Sequence record: NC_071015.1
Strand: one strand, 5' to 3'
DNA: 64,000 nucleotides
In this document: piece by piece, positions 20,501 to 27,755 of the stretch
Layout: every line of letters begins with the position of its first letter
Position numbering within the stretch: position 1 is the first letter of the stretch
Notes under the pieces: model-generated
What the model was told of the DNA's origin: nothing
Database searches by the model: none
What the model saw: the letters and a program-made list of their open reading frames with translations, nothing else
Program-made: the position numbers and the translations under genes

Positions 20501-22279
20501 GCGTTTAAAACAGAACTGACGAGTGCCAAACAGAAAACTCAGACCGTTAACTTCTGGGCGCAGCCAACAGGTTCTGACCCAGCAACGCGCGCGTACTTCC
20601 CAGTTGAAGTGACGCAGAACTCTAACTACCAGTTCCCGACGGTTACCGATCTCCATCAAGTCTCTACTAACCTTAACGAATCCGGCACCCTGCCGTTCAA
20701 GTTGGTGGATCCAGACAGTGGAGCAGACGTTACCAGTGGAGCGAGTATCACAGCCGTCGCTGCTAACAGTTATATTGATGTTGTTAATGGCAAATGGCAT
20801 GTGAACAATGCCCGTACGGGTGACACTACAGTTACAGTAACGTTGACGTATAGCGTGCTGTATCGCGGTAATACCTTGTTGATAAACCAGGATGTTGAAT
20901 TCTTGATCAAAGGGTTCACTGGGGCACCAACAATAAGTAATGTCACTGAAGTCACAGGCAATGTGTGGGAGAAAGGAACTCAACTTCCGTTCACTATCAA
21001 CATCAACGGTGCTCCGGTGCCGGCAGCATGGATCACAGCCAACAGCGGTGTGTCTCCAAACAGCCGTGTAACGGTAGGTCCAGCGGTGGGCGCGTGGAAG
21101 ATTATTGCTGGGGATCTGACTCAGGCACTGCGTGAAACCGTTACGTATACCGTGACAGTTACGGTAGGAAGCTTGAGCTGGACAGTAACACAAGCTGTGG
21201 TATTCAATATCAACAAGTACGACGGTATTGAATTTAAAGCAGTTCTGCTGAATGCAGGTAACGGTAACGGTGACTTCATCTTCTCACCACGTATCCAAAA
21301 CGGTGGGCAGCCGTCTTCCTACTTCGCCGGGTATTACCGTGGGGAAAGGGAGCAGAATGTATTTAACGCAGGAATTATTAACCGCGGTCCATTCAACAAC
21401 TATGTGGATGGGATTAACCAACCGCCTAACGTTGTCTACATTATGAGTCCGTCATATCCTGACATTGGCCGTTACAACTTTACCGTTGCAATTGGTCGTG
21501 CGGACGGCGTGGGTGAAGGTAAAAACCGTGCAACCATTACGGTTCCGGCGATCATCACTAGCGGCGGGTATGTTCCTGTGTACGGTGGTGGGAACTTCGA
21601 AGGGAAACTCGGTGACGTGTTTGATGTTGGCTGTGCGATCGCTTACGGTAACGTTTGGGCTGACCTTACTAACCCGGTTCATGCGATTACATTTAGTCCG
21701 GCAAACGTGGTTGAAATGGTTCCTGGTTCACTGACTGCAAAAGGATTTAAAGTTCGCTTTAAAGCCGATGTTGATGTGAAGAAAGTTACAACCATAACGG
21801 CGAGCGCAACACGTCCTTCACCGGCATACGTCGGGTCCGTTACCCTGAGTATGACGCAAAACCCAACCCGTGAACCGGTTTCAGGTTCTGCAACAGCTCC
21901 GGTTATGAAAGTGGGAGAGACTGGTAAAATACACATTACCGGATCTTATGGCTCTCAAGGACTGGCAGGTAATGTCACGTTCGTTAGTGCTGAAAGCGAT
22001 GCCAAAGGACTGTATACATTTAACTCAATGTCGACAAATCCAGACGGCTCTCTTGATGTTAACGTCACTGCCCTTGCGGTAGGAAAAGATAACGTCACGA
22101 TTCGCTTGAAAGTCAACGGCGCAACCGGTACAGTGGAAGGCAAGGACATCTTGACCTTAACAGTTCCTGCGGAAGTAATTCCGGCGCAAATGAATACCCC
22201 TGACGATTTCGATTCTGAGATTGAAGGTGTATCTGGCGATACAGTAACTGTCACTCAGTACATGACTCTGCCAAACTAA
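11546..22279 (+). CDS. Giant Ig-like (beta-sandwich) repeat protein, ~3,577 aa; probable virion fibre or appendage
   Basis: Single uninterrupted ORF; start re-called at MAELIK (AGAGGA upstream); T/V/G-rich; about 10 recurrences of W-x-x-G-x-(L)PF...NxYV...W-x-I...F-x-I-x-x-(W/Y/F)DG. Confidence 0.88.
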   Translation: MAELIKVNKKVINDPLYTPVVKFLKERIAFLEANGPQSELELARERYTGIVAGDLVIENPVAFSDGAIRVCFVSRKTGFARVDVDITRVQMKEILDDFQVPLVVINDPDHMKAWVKANPTESALLWLEDRQTYGVLLSQEAARTHAGAMTAFGELFFEEYTLTRDSLTAIDYETLESGTVKVSDVSFGEATYPLFIYELVLEEANLPEITSNLPATLTTRRGETFSIPNTFWFAGTQDITLEIDLVLSTDSGYTIPARSSDLLSLNGEAIFGSATEDMQDRITIRATYMWNGRPVRKTFRIAVTIEKDEVSDLTLVPVPETIQATTGDTLQVTISAFFTETPVTILVPPSEIVSSRNYGKLNYVSTNPDGGMVYSGTITGALPGNKESDTDLFSGKFLYNGDDGTPYWATGYVNIVIVKPEVQPKFEVKKFTSAVAGYKGATGTIDVQVFYGENQIPLSQLAVTTGVKGSKGLIEYKALQTDKIEYELIADSGTPGVPTSDAFTQFLIYVDDKGIRHAAQPVFNVTVKKASEVKIVPVAPQPRNVKRYQYGTATFQVLVNGIDKTNTITNLRNKNASDEYVTFPVDFPNQWQILNTKAESYTHAMTFQFDLVIDGEAPKTYEFNQEFVIEPWTRTSGPNSGIVIVPEVASISGNSDEPGSFAFKVFEGAKDITADAKIVTDRTVVPNKVTFNSINYDTTRHMFVVSYFKDNGVVSSGKIFAAKKSDANPTDDTVGLVDIDVNVNQIKILKVVGKIAGTAITVEETADVELNLEFAGTRLSLDDANLTFTKAFVSQTSIQTRNKDTLTLASPDWKFVGRTFNEGMIYKVTYKDPADGQVYTIQQIGFPIVITYPPMRLEQTTDTIDGKIWDKGTFPLKLMAGNHDFTGSVYSVELITANKYVAIAGFNWNIYFAESDATSTIVGLRMRWGVGETVNQTLSTDFRFNVAAWDGITFATTEVTPANGISVDSGDTGEITVKMVYKGNDATQTATFDQAGSTIPRTFILGTPYYDPDRGFVIPYTTTKGGDYDLKLKFKAPTPGTETLTATIATSVTWPYDLNIDTNGASIRGFWEDVLDYPLVLNFAGTPVALDDPSLNLTFTSGTGEPITLEAIKQQALSVALNEGGTLGTNYNYTVDIGLEYQNQADGQLYNKALSIPATIRVSAVKVGANPSQTVKVYSRGAIPTTLVDERGRIVPITSYAPRGTNNYIAFVSPKNWYITNGSLADQITTALPLTLGYDMGGASYTLDVDVNFTILKFDGIKLKVETVTTELKGKAGDIGTLQFDFTYLGDPITGMTLDTANSIIPRNLAVGDLTADGELPYTLLGQAVDTVKLVFLRPNGAVPPVNNVDSVTLSMGVTSTSSNEPFSLTTYDTAISLDWGKSDILKVTPRYGLYDLPANTPGLTYTLTEEASKSVAIIGTRANGIILRATRSNVPGSVDVRPEHILVSYNVGAPDPKTAEMSFSATISMGNPDIGNNATVQRAIWALGTFTQQVKFNDVVLNTIDHFEVLNVNKYVEMVSDKGYEIIGTELTTSTQSIPMRAYYKVDETDTLQYIDFTATFLITGSSSVRFKVTPTPSKIEGVIEGDIVIAFRPLYKDKLVGGAATFKQELSTLPPQVVIKSHTVSGNDHLITFTGKVGGIGDAEMVFWSPVAGDNPPAREVWKGKIEARILDGELGLEVGNRDNLLTGKSGDTGVYKLELLFGALPISMSDEITRGNLTIAVETGAPTSLNANVLKATAWHDDTFDFSLKGPVSPGKTVSVSDYINVTYKFGGKTYNRRVEIPMSYTSLAATVGAVNYGTVSMWKTGALNFPGITCDGVTMPTPQSASDVTDPAQGYVKITAKNYEIINADPVQVSKGLLLKYVGIYRNWTYEAEGNASWTISAWNGYTFEPSFITSWTGYLGYPTTQYLTVKLKGQVFTPTQGYDYLDRTLTDLKGLFTLEFTGNTAFSGGSYAVYKLTPLKVSKDTVRLAFRVYNSPVPGVEKVDYTYVDLNFECKAKTLSTTSVTTTIGGNGDAITVPLALAITGSTGTQNVSVATNSPDLTITLPNEDVFKIVSRTTNGLGIEITAPLSKRSGSDVVNMTLTYKDPLGVDVTSVIPYTVNYRLPQDYPAVDLLPPFYVGNWKSAPLWSHGAFTNWFKVRGGQAANSADVTAQSDIINVTGPWVIPSRDLPEVGDRWWVIDGAEMSALIPHVYTFKAPFRGGFVNDVTVTVTLESASRNGADTPFVVGAPVASQRWPGNANTEIEVPFNIKWRGYKYGEAIFRADLSTTASAGAFSSAFEVVGQRYDNVTGFTYLTLKVLKDVTSNVTFVFDHKDAGSTPVAGKTEASAVYVFSPVNVVPVTPAPTTTMWKYIRLNQLFKIMDGTTDVTAQATLLSIDNPLAVIYQATNASSPAFSFQDHNANPGGTIPLTFTIQLGVANQSRVITYTINVNLAAFDGKEFVAGAPNPTQVYLALGASTDVTVSALDFRSNISALATDKSIVTAAKFDAANPNLQYVRWGFTSSPLALLVTYKSLNLFRGKVKTPIDYIGAGSTDYPVGTLDKNFLYLEQDIVVYEEKLYPYPAGYVVPPLTGEFGKQIVVPIQFTMGNDIVENLLATNVAGLTWTVPLDNGIVAKPGSGFVSSATGIMLNVTYDNRGADLTMTVPVTFTYNAGYRGRAVNTSVTVDVPITIKGTNTGDVTTVINATNPSVIAWQTGNLPFYIQHNGVTVATASYKSVDIKANPYVRKPETNPGNFTRAWEVYFGETTQTVAPVEFTVVFNDGVKDVTVTYTSTFTIAAYDGKEFVMTLRSPSTFNNGIVGTPNSSPIFQIWGKYRNTQLTTDDLTNKYSVWDKGFDLPGFLRITNRAAGQTVGGGGAGQYLNVTCLAGPTDMPVNVRGEVLFGKKDKENDPNAIENVDFVRVPINSYVYISNKFYPINWTKEINGVFGTGQTPTYPLNISFRQGITAVNNASISTYGIDATDFMNIVVTGTSSSTAYALAFKTELTSAKQKTQTVNFWAQPTGSDPATRAYFPVEVTQNSNYQFPTVTDLHQVSTNLNESGTLPFKLVDPDSGADVTSGASITAVAANSYIDVVNGKWHVNNARTGDTTVTVTLTYSVLYRGNTLLINQDVEFLIKGFTGAPTISNVTEVTGNVWEKGTQLPFTININGAPVPAAWITANSGVSPNSRVTVGPAVGAWKIIAGDLTQALRETVTYTVTVTVGSLSWTVTQAVVFNINKYDGIEFKAVLLNAGNGNGDFIFSPRIQNGGQPSSYFAGYYRGEREQNVFNAGIINRGPFNNYVDGINQPPNVVYIMSPSYPDIGRYNFTVAIGRADGVGEGKNRATITVPAIITSGGYVPVYGGGNFEGKLGDVFDVGCAIAYGNVWADLTNPVHAITFSPANVVEMVPGSLTAKGFKVRFKADVDVKKVTTITASATRPSPAYVGSVTLSMTQNPTREPVSGSATAPVMKVGETGKIHITGSYGSQGLAGNVTFVSAESDAKGLYTFNSMSTNPDGSLDVNVTALAVGKDNVTIRLKVNGATGTVEGKDILTLTVPAEVIPAQMNTPDDFDSEIEGVSGDTVTVTQYMTLPN

Positions 22280-22310
22280 TTCGTAATCGACACAAGAGAA
22301 ACATTACCAC

Positions 22311-25300
22311 ATGGCTGAACTGAATCAACAGTTGAGCGTAAATGGTATTGCGTTGAGTAACAAAGACCCTAATTTGGTCATTAAACTGGACGACCACCCG
22401 GTCGTCCAGATCTCATCTATTCAGGAAAGCACGATCACCTATGCTTTTCTGTCGGATGTAGATACGGCCCAGGTGTATAACCTCAACCTCACCTTTACGT
22501 ATAAAGGCACGTTAACTAAAGTAGTCCCGTTAACGTTTAAACATAACCCGAAACCAGTTCCGCTGGTTATCACCGATGCTCCGATTACCGCAGCAATGTG
22601 GGAACGGGGTGATGCTATTCCATTCACAGCTCAGCTGGATGGGGTCGATGTGACCAGTCAATTGTCCTCAATTGCTTTGGTTCCTAACGACTATATTAAA
22701 GCTGACCCAACTCCGGGTAGCGATAAGAAACGCTGGTCAGTGGAAAGTGCAGAACCTACCCCTGCCGATGCCCTGACAAAATTCAATTTCAACTTTACCT
22801 ATGAAGGTAAAGTCAAAGCTCTCAGTGCAGAAGGTACCTTTAAGTTACCGGCTTGGGATGGCTTGATGATGTGGGTTACCCCAACCACAGAAAACGATCC
22901 GCTCTTTAGTAACATTCGTGTGAAAGTTGGGTCTTCGGTTACGGTAAACGTAATGCCGAAATTCCGTGGCGGAAATGCGTACGATAATTCTGCTTCATAT
23001 ATGAGTGTCGATCACAATGACACCAATGACGGAATGGTCGAGTTCTCTGACGGAACCGGGCACTGGTCTATTGGCCGACCATTGACAGTGAAAGGACTGA
23101 AGGTCGGAACACACAAAGTCAAACTGGCACTGGCTTCAAGTGTAACGTACGGTTATCCTGCCGAAGATGTTGGTTCCACCATGACCTATTGGGAACCGAC
23201 AGTCGAAGTCTATGACGACGTATTGGCTGCTTCGTCTACCGATACTGAAGTTTCAGGTGCTAAAGGTGATGATGTTACCTTTAACCTGGCTGTTGACTGG
23301 AACGGCGCTCCGATCGATACAAACGCCGCTGGCGTGACGTTGACCTTAGACCGTGACGATGTCATGACTGTTAAGTCACGCACCGCTAACAGCGTTACAG
23401 CGACGCTCATTAAGGATGTTGAATACACCCGTGTTATTCCGGTCACTGTGAACGTTGCATACCAGGGTAAAACCACAAGTGTGGTAATGAACGTCAAAGT
23501 GATCAATGAAGTCTTAACAGTCACGATCGATCCTGAAAACACCATTGGTGGAACAAACGACACCTTCACCATCAAACCAACGATTGTGTATAATGGTGTA
23601 ACTCAGAAAGTGAATGATCCTGAGCTTACCCTTGTCGTGACACCAGACACCATGCTTCAAGTGGTCGAAACCACTGAAGACAGTATCACCATTAAAGTGA
23701 CCAATGACGATATTGAAGCAACAGAGTTTATTGCTCAGCTTATGGTGAGTAAAGGTTCGTTGCAGGCAATCGGTCCGTGGATGCACAAATACACGGTTCG
23801 TCCGTCACTGGTGATGCGCTCAGTCAGTGGGTTGATTAAAGACTCCGGCCCGGCTCCGTTTAGCTTCACGATTGATGGTCCGGCAGTTGAACCAACATCG
23901 GTTAGCGCAACGTTAAGCGAAAACGATTACGTTACGGTTGACAGTAGTGGGGCATGGACGATCATCAAAGCTGAAGATACAGCAACTGAGATCACTCCAA
24001 CGTACACCATCACTATCGAATACGATAGCGTAACTTATACCTATGTTAAAGAAGCCACTTTCAACATCGGTCCATTGGGTTCTACCGTAACAGCCACTCC
24101 GGTTGTGAAAACCTCTGACATGGTTCTGAACAAGGAATCTCAAGTAAGCTTTACCCTGACTCAACAGTTAGCCGGTTCTGCTGTTAGCTTGACTCCGCAG
24201 TTTGAAAACATGACCATTGAGGGTGAAGCAACGTATGTGGATGTTCAACCGCACCCGGACAACGCAAACGAATATGTCGTTACTGTTAAAGGTACGGGCA
24301 AAGTCGGAGCGTATAAACTGAAAGGTCGTTTCCGCAATGTGATTGATGGAACACCAGAAGCCGGTGTGAGCTATCCGTTCTCGGTTGACTTTACTGCTGC
24401 GAAACTGGCCAGTTCAACGGTCACTATGTCTGCGGTAGGCGGGACAGTGCTGACTCCGGTACAACAGAACACCTTGACGGTTGCTCTGAAATACGGTTCA
24501 GGTAACTCTGTAGTGGGCGCAACCCCACGTGATGTTACTATCGTTGCTGTTCCTAATTCAGATGCTATTCTGGCAGGATTTGAAACGACGCTGACCCCGG
24601 TAGACGGTCAACCTGGTTCTTACACCTTGAGTGTGGACGTGGGTCATAAAGCCGGTTCGATCCGTGTGAATCTGGTTGTGGTCATTGACGGTGCGCAGTA
24701 CGTCGTAGATAACGCCCTGGTTTACACTACACCGGGTGCTGATGTTCTTGCTACCCCGATTGTCAGTGAGTTTAACGCTACTGATGATACAACCTCTGAA
24801 CTTGAATTTAGCCTGGCACAAAGTCGTCTGGATGTCCCATCCTACAACTTTACCGGGGCAAGCTTCAAAGACGTGGTGGGCATCGGTGAGATCAAATCTG
24901 TTAGCGCACCAACTGTAGGTAATGAAGGCACCTTCTTTATTACTGTAACCGGTAACGGTACAGCAGGCAGCGGAACGATTGGCGGGACAGTAGTGGATGT
25001 GGACGGTAACGAATTTGCATTTGACTTTGATGTCACAGGGGTTATTCCAAGTGATGACTTTGCCATTCGCGTTACACCGTTAACCACTGAACTTACTCCG
25101 GCATCGTCTAACCCGATTCTGTTCGTGTTGAAAGATCAGTACGGTACGCCAATCACGGATGCGGCCGAAGTGTCCATGGATATTGTTGAAAACCCTAACT
25201 ACAGAAATGTATTGGCAGGTTACAGCAATGTACTCACCAACATGAATGACACGAACCCAGGTCAATACCGTCTGGGAATGAACTTGGGTGAAACGGCGGG

Positions 25301-26060
25301 TACGTTTACCATCTCCTTAACTGTTGCAGTTCCAGGTAAAACTGAAAGCTACACGTTACCGGATATGGTCTTCACGAATCCAGGTTCTCCGATTAAGACA
25401 GCGTTGTCTCCAAACACCATTGATGTGGGTGCAGGTAAGACAAGTGTTGTAACGCTGACACTGACTCGGGATAAGTATCTGGTTCCTGATGCACCAATGG
25501 AAGGCATCTTCCACGTGGTTTCAACTACCGGTCCAGTCACTGCGCTGACACCATCACTTGTTCAGAACTCCAACGGCACTATCGAGTTGACGTTCACAAG
25601 CGACGGTACACAGGGTGAGATCGAAGTTAACGCTGAGTTCGCACCAGTGGTGAATGATATTACGTGGGCTGCTGTACCGTTCACGTTTAAACTCAGCACT
25701 GCGGTACCAAGCGAACCTGTGGTGACGGAACCTACAACCGAGATGTCTTTACAGCTTTGGGAACAAAAACCCATTAGCTTTAACGTCATGGCCGGGGATA
25801 CGGATCTCACTGCTGATGCAAGCGTAAGCTTTGCCGGTGAAGCAACCGACTATCTGGAATTTGTTTCGATCAGTGACGGTGTATGGGGCTTTAAAGCCAT
25901 TAAAGCCGATTCTGTGGAAGACACTGTAATTGCAACCAAGGTAAACGTCACTGTGAGCTTTGAAGATAACGATTACACGCTTCCTATTGATATCAATGTC
26001 ACGGTTCTCGCTAATACAGGGGACATTCCGAGCAATCGATTCAATATCGAAATCCTGTAA
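22311..26060 (+). CDS. Ig-like repeat protein (1,249 aa) with invasin/intimin-like (Big_1-type) domains
   Basis: Same repeat type as the giant (AMWERGDAIPF...FKLPAWDG); LKDQYGTPI motif; duplicated two-domain unit; ends NTGDIPSNRFNIEIL. Confidence 0.85.
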   Translation: MAELNQQLSVNGIALSNKDPNLVIKLDDHPVVQISSIQESTITYAFLSDVDTAQVYNLNLTFTYKGTLTKVVPLTFKHNPKPVPLVITDAPITAAMWERGDAIPFTAQLDGVDVTSQLSSIALVPNDYIKADPTPGSDKKRWSVESAEPTPADALTKFNFNFTYEGKVKALSAEGTFKLPAWDGLMMWVTPTTENDPLFSNIRVKVGSSVTVNVMPKFRGGNAYDNSASYMSVDHNDTNDGMVEFSDGTGHWSIGRPLTVKGLKVGTHKVKLALASSVTYGYPAEDVGSTMTYWEPTVEVYDDVLAASSTDTEVSGAKGDDVTFNLAVDWNGAPIDTNAAGVTLTLDRDDVMTVKSRTANSVTATLIKDVEYTRVIPVTVNVAYQGKTTSVVMNVKVINEVLTVTIDPENTIGGTNDTFTIKPTIVYNGVTQKVNDPELTLVVTPDTMLQVVETTEDSITIKVTNDDIEATEFIAQLMVSKGSLQAIGPWMHKYTVRPSLVMRSVSGLIKDSGPAPFSFTIDGPAVEPTSVSATLSENDYVTVDSSGAWTIIKAEDTATEITPTYTITIEYDSVTYTYVKEATFNIGPLGSTVTATPVVKTSDMVLNKESQVSFTLTQQLAGSAVSLTPQFENMTIEGEATYVDVQPHPDNANEYVVTVKGTGKVGAYKLKGRFRNVIDGTPEAGVSYPFSVDFTAAKLASSTVTMSAVGGTVLTPVQQNTLTVALKYGSGNSVVGATPRDVTIVAVPNSDAILAGFETTLTPVDGQPGSYTLSVDVGHKAGSIRVNLVVVIDGAQYVVDNALVYTTPGADVLATPIVSEFNATDDTTSELEFSLAQSRLDVPSYNFTGASFKDVVGIGEIKSVSAPTVGNEGTFFITVTGNGTAGSGTIGGTVVDVDGNEFAFDFDVTGVIPSDDFAIRVTPLTTELTPASSNPILFVLKDQYGTPITDAAEVSMDIVENPNYRNVLAGYSNVLTNMNDTNPGQYRLGMNLGETAGTFTISLTVAVPGKTESYTLPDMVFTNPGSPIKTALSPNTIDVGAGKTSVVTLTLTRDKYLVPDAPMEGIFHVVSTTGPVTALTPSLVQNSNGTIELTFTSDGTQGEIEVNAEFAPVVNDITWAAVPFTFKLSTAVPSEPVVTEPTTEMSLQLWEQKPISFNVMAGDTDLTADASVSFAGEATDYLEFVSISDGVWGFKAIKADSVEDTVIATKVNVTVSFEDNDYTLPIDINVTVLANTGDIPSNRFNIEIL

Positions 26061-26064
26061 ATCT

Positions 26065-26090
26065 GAGGGGTTCTTCGGGACCCCTTCTTA
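26065..26090 (+). terminator. Hairpin with UUCG loop between fibre genes
   Basis: GAGGGGTTC-TTCG-GGACCCCTT followed by CTT. Confidence 0.55.
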
Positions 26091-26108
26091 AAGAGGGAAT
26101 TGTAACAA

Positions 26109-26798
26109 ATGGCGGATAAAGATATTGTCCTTAGCGTTAACGACATCAGCTCCATTCAAATCAAGCCTACGTTTGAAGGTGTTGCTGTAGCGTTAGCTAA
26201 AATTAGTGTTGATAATGATGCGTCTGACCTTAAAGGTCTGATTCAGATCAACAGCTTTGTCCCAGGTCCTGAAGGAATCGTTAACGTTCCGATTAAAGGT
26301 CTGGCAGAAGGTACTGGTGAAGCGACTGTGGTCTTTAAGTACGCAGATGCCGATCCCAGCAAAGCGGATGTTGAAGGGTGGGGTAAATCCACCAAGACCC
26401 TTTCGCTGACAATCAATGCAGCAGCAGCCCTGGCCCGTCTGATTGACGTCTCTACACCGCTGACCATGGATCTGTGGGCAAGTCAGCCGCTGACCTTTAA
26501 AGTGGTTAAAGGCGAAGGGGAAGATGAGAACGATATCACTCCTTCTGTTGACAGTGTCACCGTTACGCCAGCGTCTATCGACGGTAAGTTTGAATTCACC
26601 GCGGACGTTGAAGGCGGAGCGTACAGCTTCAAGTCTATCCAGTCTTCTACCACTGAAGTGGTTACCGCAACTGCGAAACTGATTGTTGCCGGCACTCACG
26701 ACGGCGTGGTTTACAGCCTGGAAGCTGACGTGGTACTGAACACTAACATTAACGATGGTTCTATTCCGACCAATCGTTTTAACGTTGAAGTCCAGTAA
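26109..26798 (+). CDS. Two-domain Ig-like protein (229 aa), paralogue of the giant and of the 1,249-aa protein
   Basis: SDLKGLIQINS...PEGIVNVPIKGLAEG matches the giant's SDAKGLYTFNS...PDGSLDVNVTALAVG; C-terminus NDGSIPTNRFNVEVQ matches the 1,249-aa C-terminus. Confidence 0.85.
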   Translation: MADKDIVLSVNDISSIQIKPTFEGVAVALAKISVDNDASDLKGLIQINSFVPGPEGIVNVPIKGLAEGTGEATVVFKYADADPSKADVEGWGKSTKTLSLTINAAAALARLIDVSTPLTMDLWASQPLTFKVVKGEGEDENDITPSVDSVTVTPASIDGKFEFTADVEGGAYSFKSIQSSTTEVVTATAKLIVAGTHDGVVYSLEADVVLNTNINDGSIPTNRFNVEVQ

Positions 26799-26800
26799 CC

Positions 26801-26859
26801 AAAAAAATAAAGCATAATTAAGAGAGTCTACCCCTCGGGGTAGACTCTCTGTATGTTTG
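26801..26859. terminator. Bidirectional intrinsic terminator between convergent genes
   Basis: 14-bp inverted repeat AGAGAGTCTACCCC/GGGGTAGACTCTCT (26821-26850); left flank AAAAAAATAAAGCATA identical to 1949-1964. Confidence 0.82.
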
Positions 26860-27357
26860 TTAATTGAAATCCCACCAAGGGCGAGTGGTAATGGAATGAG
26901 ACTCTACCACTTCATACCCACCCAGTTCTTCGTTTAAGCGAAGAGCGATAGGGAGAACGGATTTGCCTTCTCTGGTATCCACAAACCCCAGTAACTTGCC
27001 GTTATTAAAGAAAATAACCAGATAACGACTTTGGTGGTTGTCATTAGGATGATCGGTGAACGCAGGATAAGTATCATCCAACAGATCCCCAGAATCACCA
27101 GCAAGGTTTTCAATCTTGTCCAGCATTTCGCGAACGTGAAGGAAGTTCATGCCATTCTGTTGACCCGTCACATAGATAAACTCATGTTCAGGTTCACGCC
27201 ACACGAACCGCGTCTTATTAAAGTACAACGGTGGAATGTCCTTGTTATTGAGTGCTTCTACCAGCCAGATTGACAGGGCAGTAATCTGTTCAGCATTCAA
27301 TACCTTTTTCAGGTCGTTCTGCATATCCACTTCAAACGTTTTCTTAACAGTAATCAC
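26860..27357 (-). CDS. Hypothetical protein, paralogue of 27756..28277
   Basis: Shared TAxxxWLVxAxxNK...PL...FxWR and VLP(I/V)ALR motifs. Confidence 0.75.
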   Translation of the reverse strand: MITVKKTFEVDMQNDLKKVLNAEQITALSIWLVEALNNKDIPPLYFNKTRFVWREPEHEFIYVTGQQNGMNFLHVREMLDKIENLAGDSGDLLDDTYPAFTDHPNDNHQSRYLVIFFNNGKLLGFVDTREGKSVLPIALRLNEELGGYEVVESHSITTRPWWDFN

Positions 27358-27367
27358 AGCGTTATCC

Positions 27368-27718
27368 TTATTGAGTTAACTCGCCGCCTTGTAAATAGAC
27401 TTCTCCTACAGAGGTCTGCCATTCTTTCGTGCAGTTGACTTCACCGTTAGAACGGACGTCACATTCCCGATAGACTACCTTATCCAGCATCACATCACCG
27501 GCAATCTTACCGGCATGCTTACCACCTTTACTTTCCACTACACCCAGGCACGTGCTCCCCACATGGGTTGCATTACTGTAGCAGCCTTCTACCGCCACTA
27601 CCCGCCCACTGACAAAATGATTACCACTGCTATTCTCAGCCCTGGCAACAGGACCGTCCATCAAGAAGCCAGTGACGATCATACCCAGAGCGACTACAAG
27701 AACAACTGCGCGTTTCAT
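27368..27718 (-). CDS. Membrane-anchored or exported protein with Cys residues
   Basis: N-terminal MKRAVVLVVALGMIVTGFLM; four Cys; GAGG upstream. Confidence 0.7.
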   Translation of the reverse strand: MKRAVVLVVALGMIVTGFLMDGPVARAENSSGNHFVSGRVVAVEGCYSNATHVGSTCLGVVESKGGKHAGKIAGDVMLDKVVYRECDVRSNGEVNCTKEWQTSVGEVYLQGGELTQ

Positions 27719-27755
27719 TTTTATTACCTCTATAGGAGTTTAACAGTTTAATAGA

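Noticed and set aside
22277-22311. Programmed readthrough or frameshift fusing the giant and the 1,249-aa protein
   Set aside because: Different frames, a TAA at 22284-22286 in the downstream frame, and no slippery heptamer seen.
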